A DNA stretch of 63,486 bases, counting the filler, from Nemertoderma westbladi (lineage: Eukaryota > Animalia > Xenacoelomorpha): assembly GCA_032718475.1 (NCBI GenBank). It is 3 parts of 3 records of this genome, joined end to end, with 100 filler letters (N's around TTAATTAATTAA, not from the genome) between each part and the next. Parts side by side here need not be neighbours in the genome. Positions count along the whole stretch, not along the records: positions 48,044 to 63,486 come from JAUCBJ010005637.1; 2 more parts are not named here. One strand, given 5' to 3'. Below, one piece after another: positions 61,439-63,486 of the stretch. A program made the translations under genes and the position numbers. The notes under the pieces were generated by a model. That model worked only from the letters and a program-made list of their open reading frames with translations. It made no database searches and was not told the DNA's origin. Within the stretch, counting starts at the first letter, position 1; every line of letters begins with the position of its first letter.

Positions 61439-63486
61439 ATGGATTCACGGTGGCGAGGGTCTGACAGTGTGTGACATAACATAATCTTGCTTCCTTATCA
61501 CTAAACTAACTACCAAATTTATTAATTTTTAACAAAATAACTTTTGGCTTCACACTCTCATTTTCTAATCCCTTATGTTACCTTACCTAGGTCTCTCATC
61601 TTATTGGGAAAGTCTGACATTGTCATATTTGACTTAGTGACGTTGGCCTTCGTTTAAGAGTTGCTGCAAAATCAACCATGTCTAACCCACCGAGTCTACC
61701 ACCGAACGTGCATTCCTGAGGTAACTAACTATTCAGTGAATAATTAATTATACAGTATACTACTTATTGGCAATCATTAATAGTTGCACTATTAGTAATA
61801 TAGCTGCGATGTGATTCGTTAAATGCAAGAAAGTTAGGTAGGTGTCAGGAGAAGGGATTGATATGGTATGATGGAATTATTTTGTGTTGCCAAAACTCCA
61901 CCCCAGTGGAAAAGATCGGATAACATTAGGTTAATACACTTCAACCGATTAGAGGGGCCCCGCTATATCTATACAAACAAGTAAATAGCTTATTAACTGA
62001 GCTGGTTGCGACGCCATTAAGTCTGAGGGCCTTTTTACTGGCCCGTGGTTCCTCTTTAAGGACCCACTTACGGATAGATAAGTGCCGATAATACAAGTAA
62101 GTAGCTGTAGAGATAAACAGTATATCTGCCTTCCAGTCTGGCCCTCCACCACCAATCACTGGTAATCACTCTTAATGCGTTCAGCCCATCTCTAAACAGT
62201 ATATATTCTCAACCAAAATAATACTTTACGTACGGTTTGCGGTAAATAGTCAAGTTGTTTACGTAGCTTCTTGGAAATTTTTTGGAAATAATCTTCCCAA
62301 TCTAAGCCTAGTCTTCATGTTGTGATTTTGGCTATTATATGTTTCACACCAATTAAAGAATACAATTTAATTTAACATCTGTCGTCTACGATTCTCGTTT
62401 ACGAAGAATCGTAAACGGCTAATAAATTCTTCTGGGGCTAATAAATTGTTTCTTTAGATAAATTTAAAAGACCGTAAAATGTAAAGTTAATTATTTCTCT
62501 TTAAAATATCACATTTATGGGCGCGTTTAAGTAAAGCATCTTTTCCACGGCCTTCGTCCTCGGAAAAAATATGTTTTTACTGTTCCTTAAATATGCGGAT
62601 AAAAAAATGTTACTCAATTTTTGTTTAAACCAAATAGTTAATAGTCATTATTTAATAATATTAATTATAATTAATAAAAAGTCAAATACAATTTTTAATT
62701 TTAATTTCCACCACCACCAAAATGGTGTAATTTTGTAAAATAGTTAATAGTAAGATTAAATAGATTAAATATTTTTTTAATAACCAAAAACAACAAATGT
62801 TTCATATGCTGGTGCTGATAATACTATCAAAATAATTTAAGCAAGCTATTTATTTATTTCCTGCAATCGTTAAATTAATATATACCTTAAAATGTGTCTG
62901 GTACGTTATCAAGAAACAATTCGAGAGTTTCGTTCCTGAGATGGCGTTGTTTTGTGGGTTACTGAGAAATAGAATAGGGTGTCTGGAGTAGTCTGGAGCA
63001 TAAATAGCTGAATACTTTGCCTCAAATTTATAAATCGTTTAAATTCCTAAATTTGTAACATTACGAAATAACTGGTTTATAATAAATATTACAACGCGCT
63101 ATATAATAATGAATATTTTGGTATTTTTATATAGTTTAAAAAATTCTATAAAATCCTACTTATCGATAAGTTCATTAATATATAAACTTTTCACTGAATT
63201 TTAATACATTTCATCAACTAAGGCAACTTTATAGGAATGTGTTATAGTAATGTGTTATAGTAATGTGTAATTTACAAATCATTTGTAACGATGTCCTCCC
63301 CGGAGTGCCCACTACGTGGCCCCTTTAAAACTCACTTTTCCTCACTTAAAATAAATTGCCATGTTGACAGATGCTGGTTACTATGGTAACGAGTGAGGAA
63401 CAGATAAATATGAATTAGCTAATTAATTAGTGGAATGGTTGCTTAGTAATAATATTGTTCAGGATTTTCCACCATTAGTCAGTGTG

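Overview
AT-rich eukaryotic (invertebrate-like) genomic window made of at least three contigs joined by artificial N/TTAATTAATTAA/N linkers (18974-19073, 47944-48043). It is dominated by decayed transposable elements: RTE-like, L2-like and CRE-like LINEs, a Ty3/Gypsy remnant, three BEL/Pao LTR elements, piggyBac and Tc1/mariner (maT-like) transposase remnants, TTAA-flanked MITEs, a Penelope-like foldback and SINEs. There are also two large satellites (12/18-bp modular, 2.7 kb; 35-bp, 5.3 kb). Host content is an apparently intact two-coding-exon thymidine phosphorylase gene (+) and tandemly duplicated 126-bp calcium-binding EGF exons (-). The main discovery candidate: two divergent BEL/Pao elements (one with both LTRs at 21654-33398, one remnant at ~36439-40998) each carry a homologous extra ORF downstream of pol, in the env position. 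It resembles a DnaQ/DEDDy (WRN/Mut-7/EXD-like) 3'-5' exonuclease, and in the first element it is fused to CCHC zinc knuckles. All family assignments come from motif recognition by eye; no searches were run.
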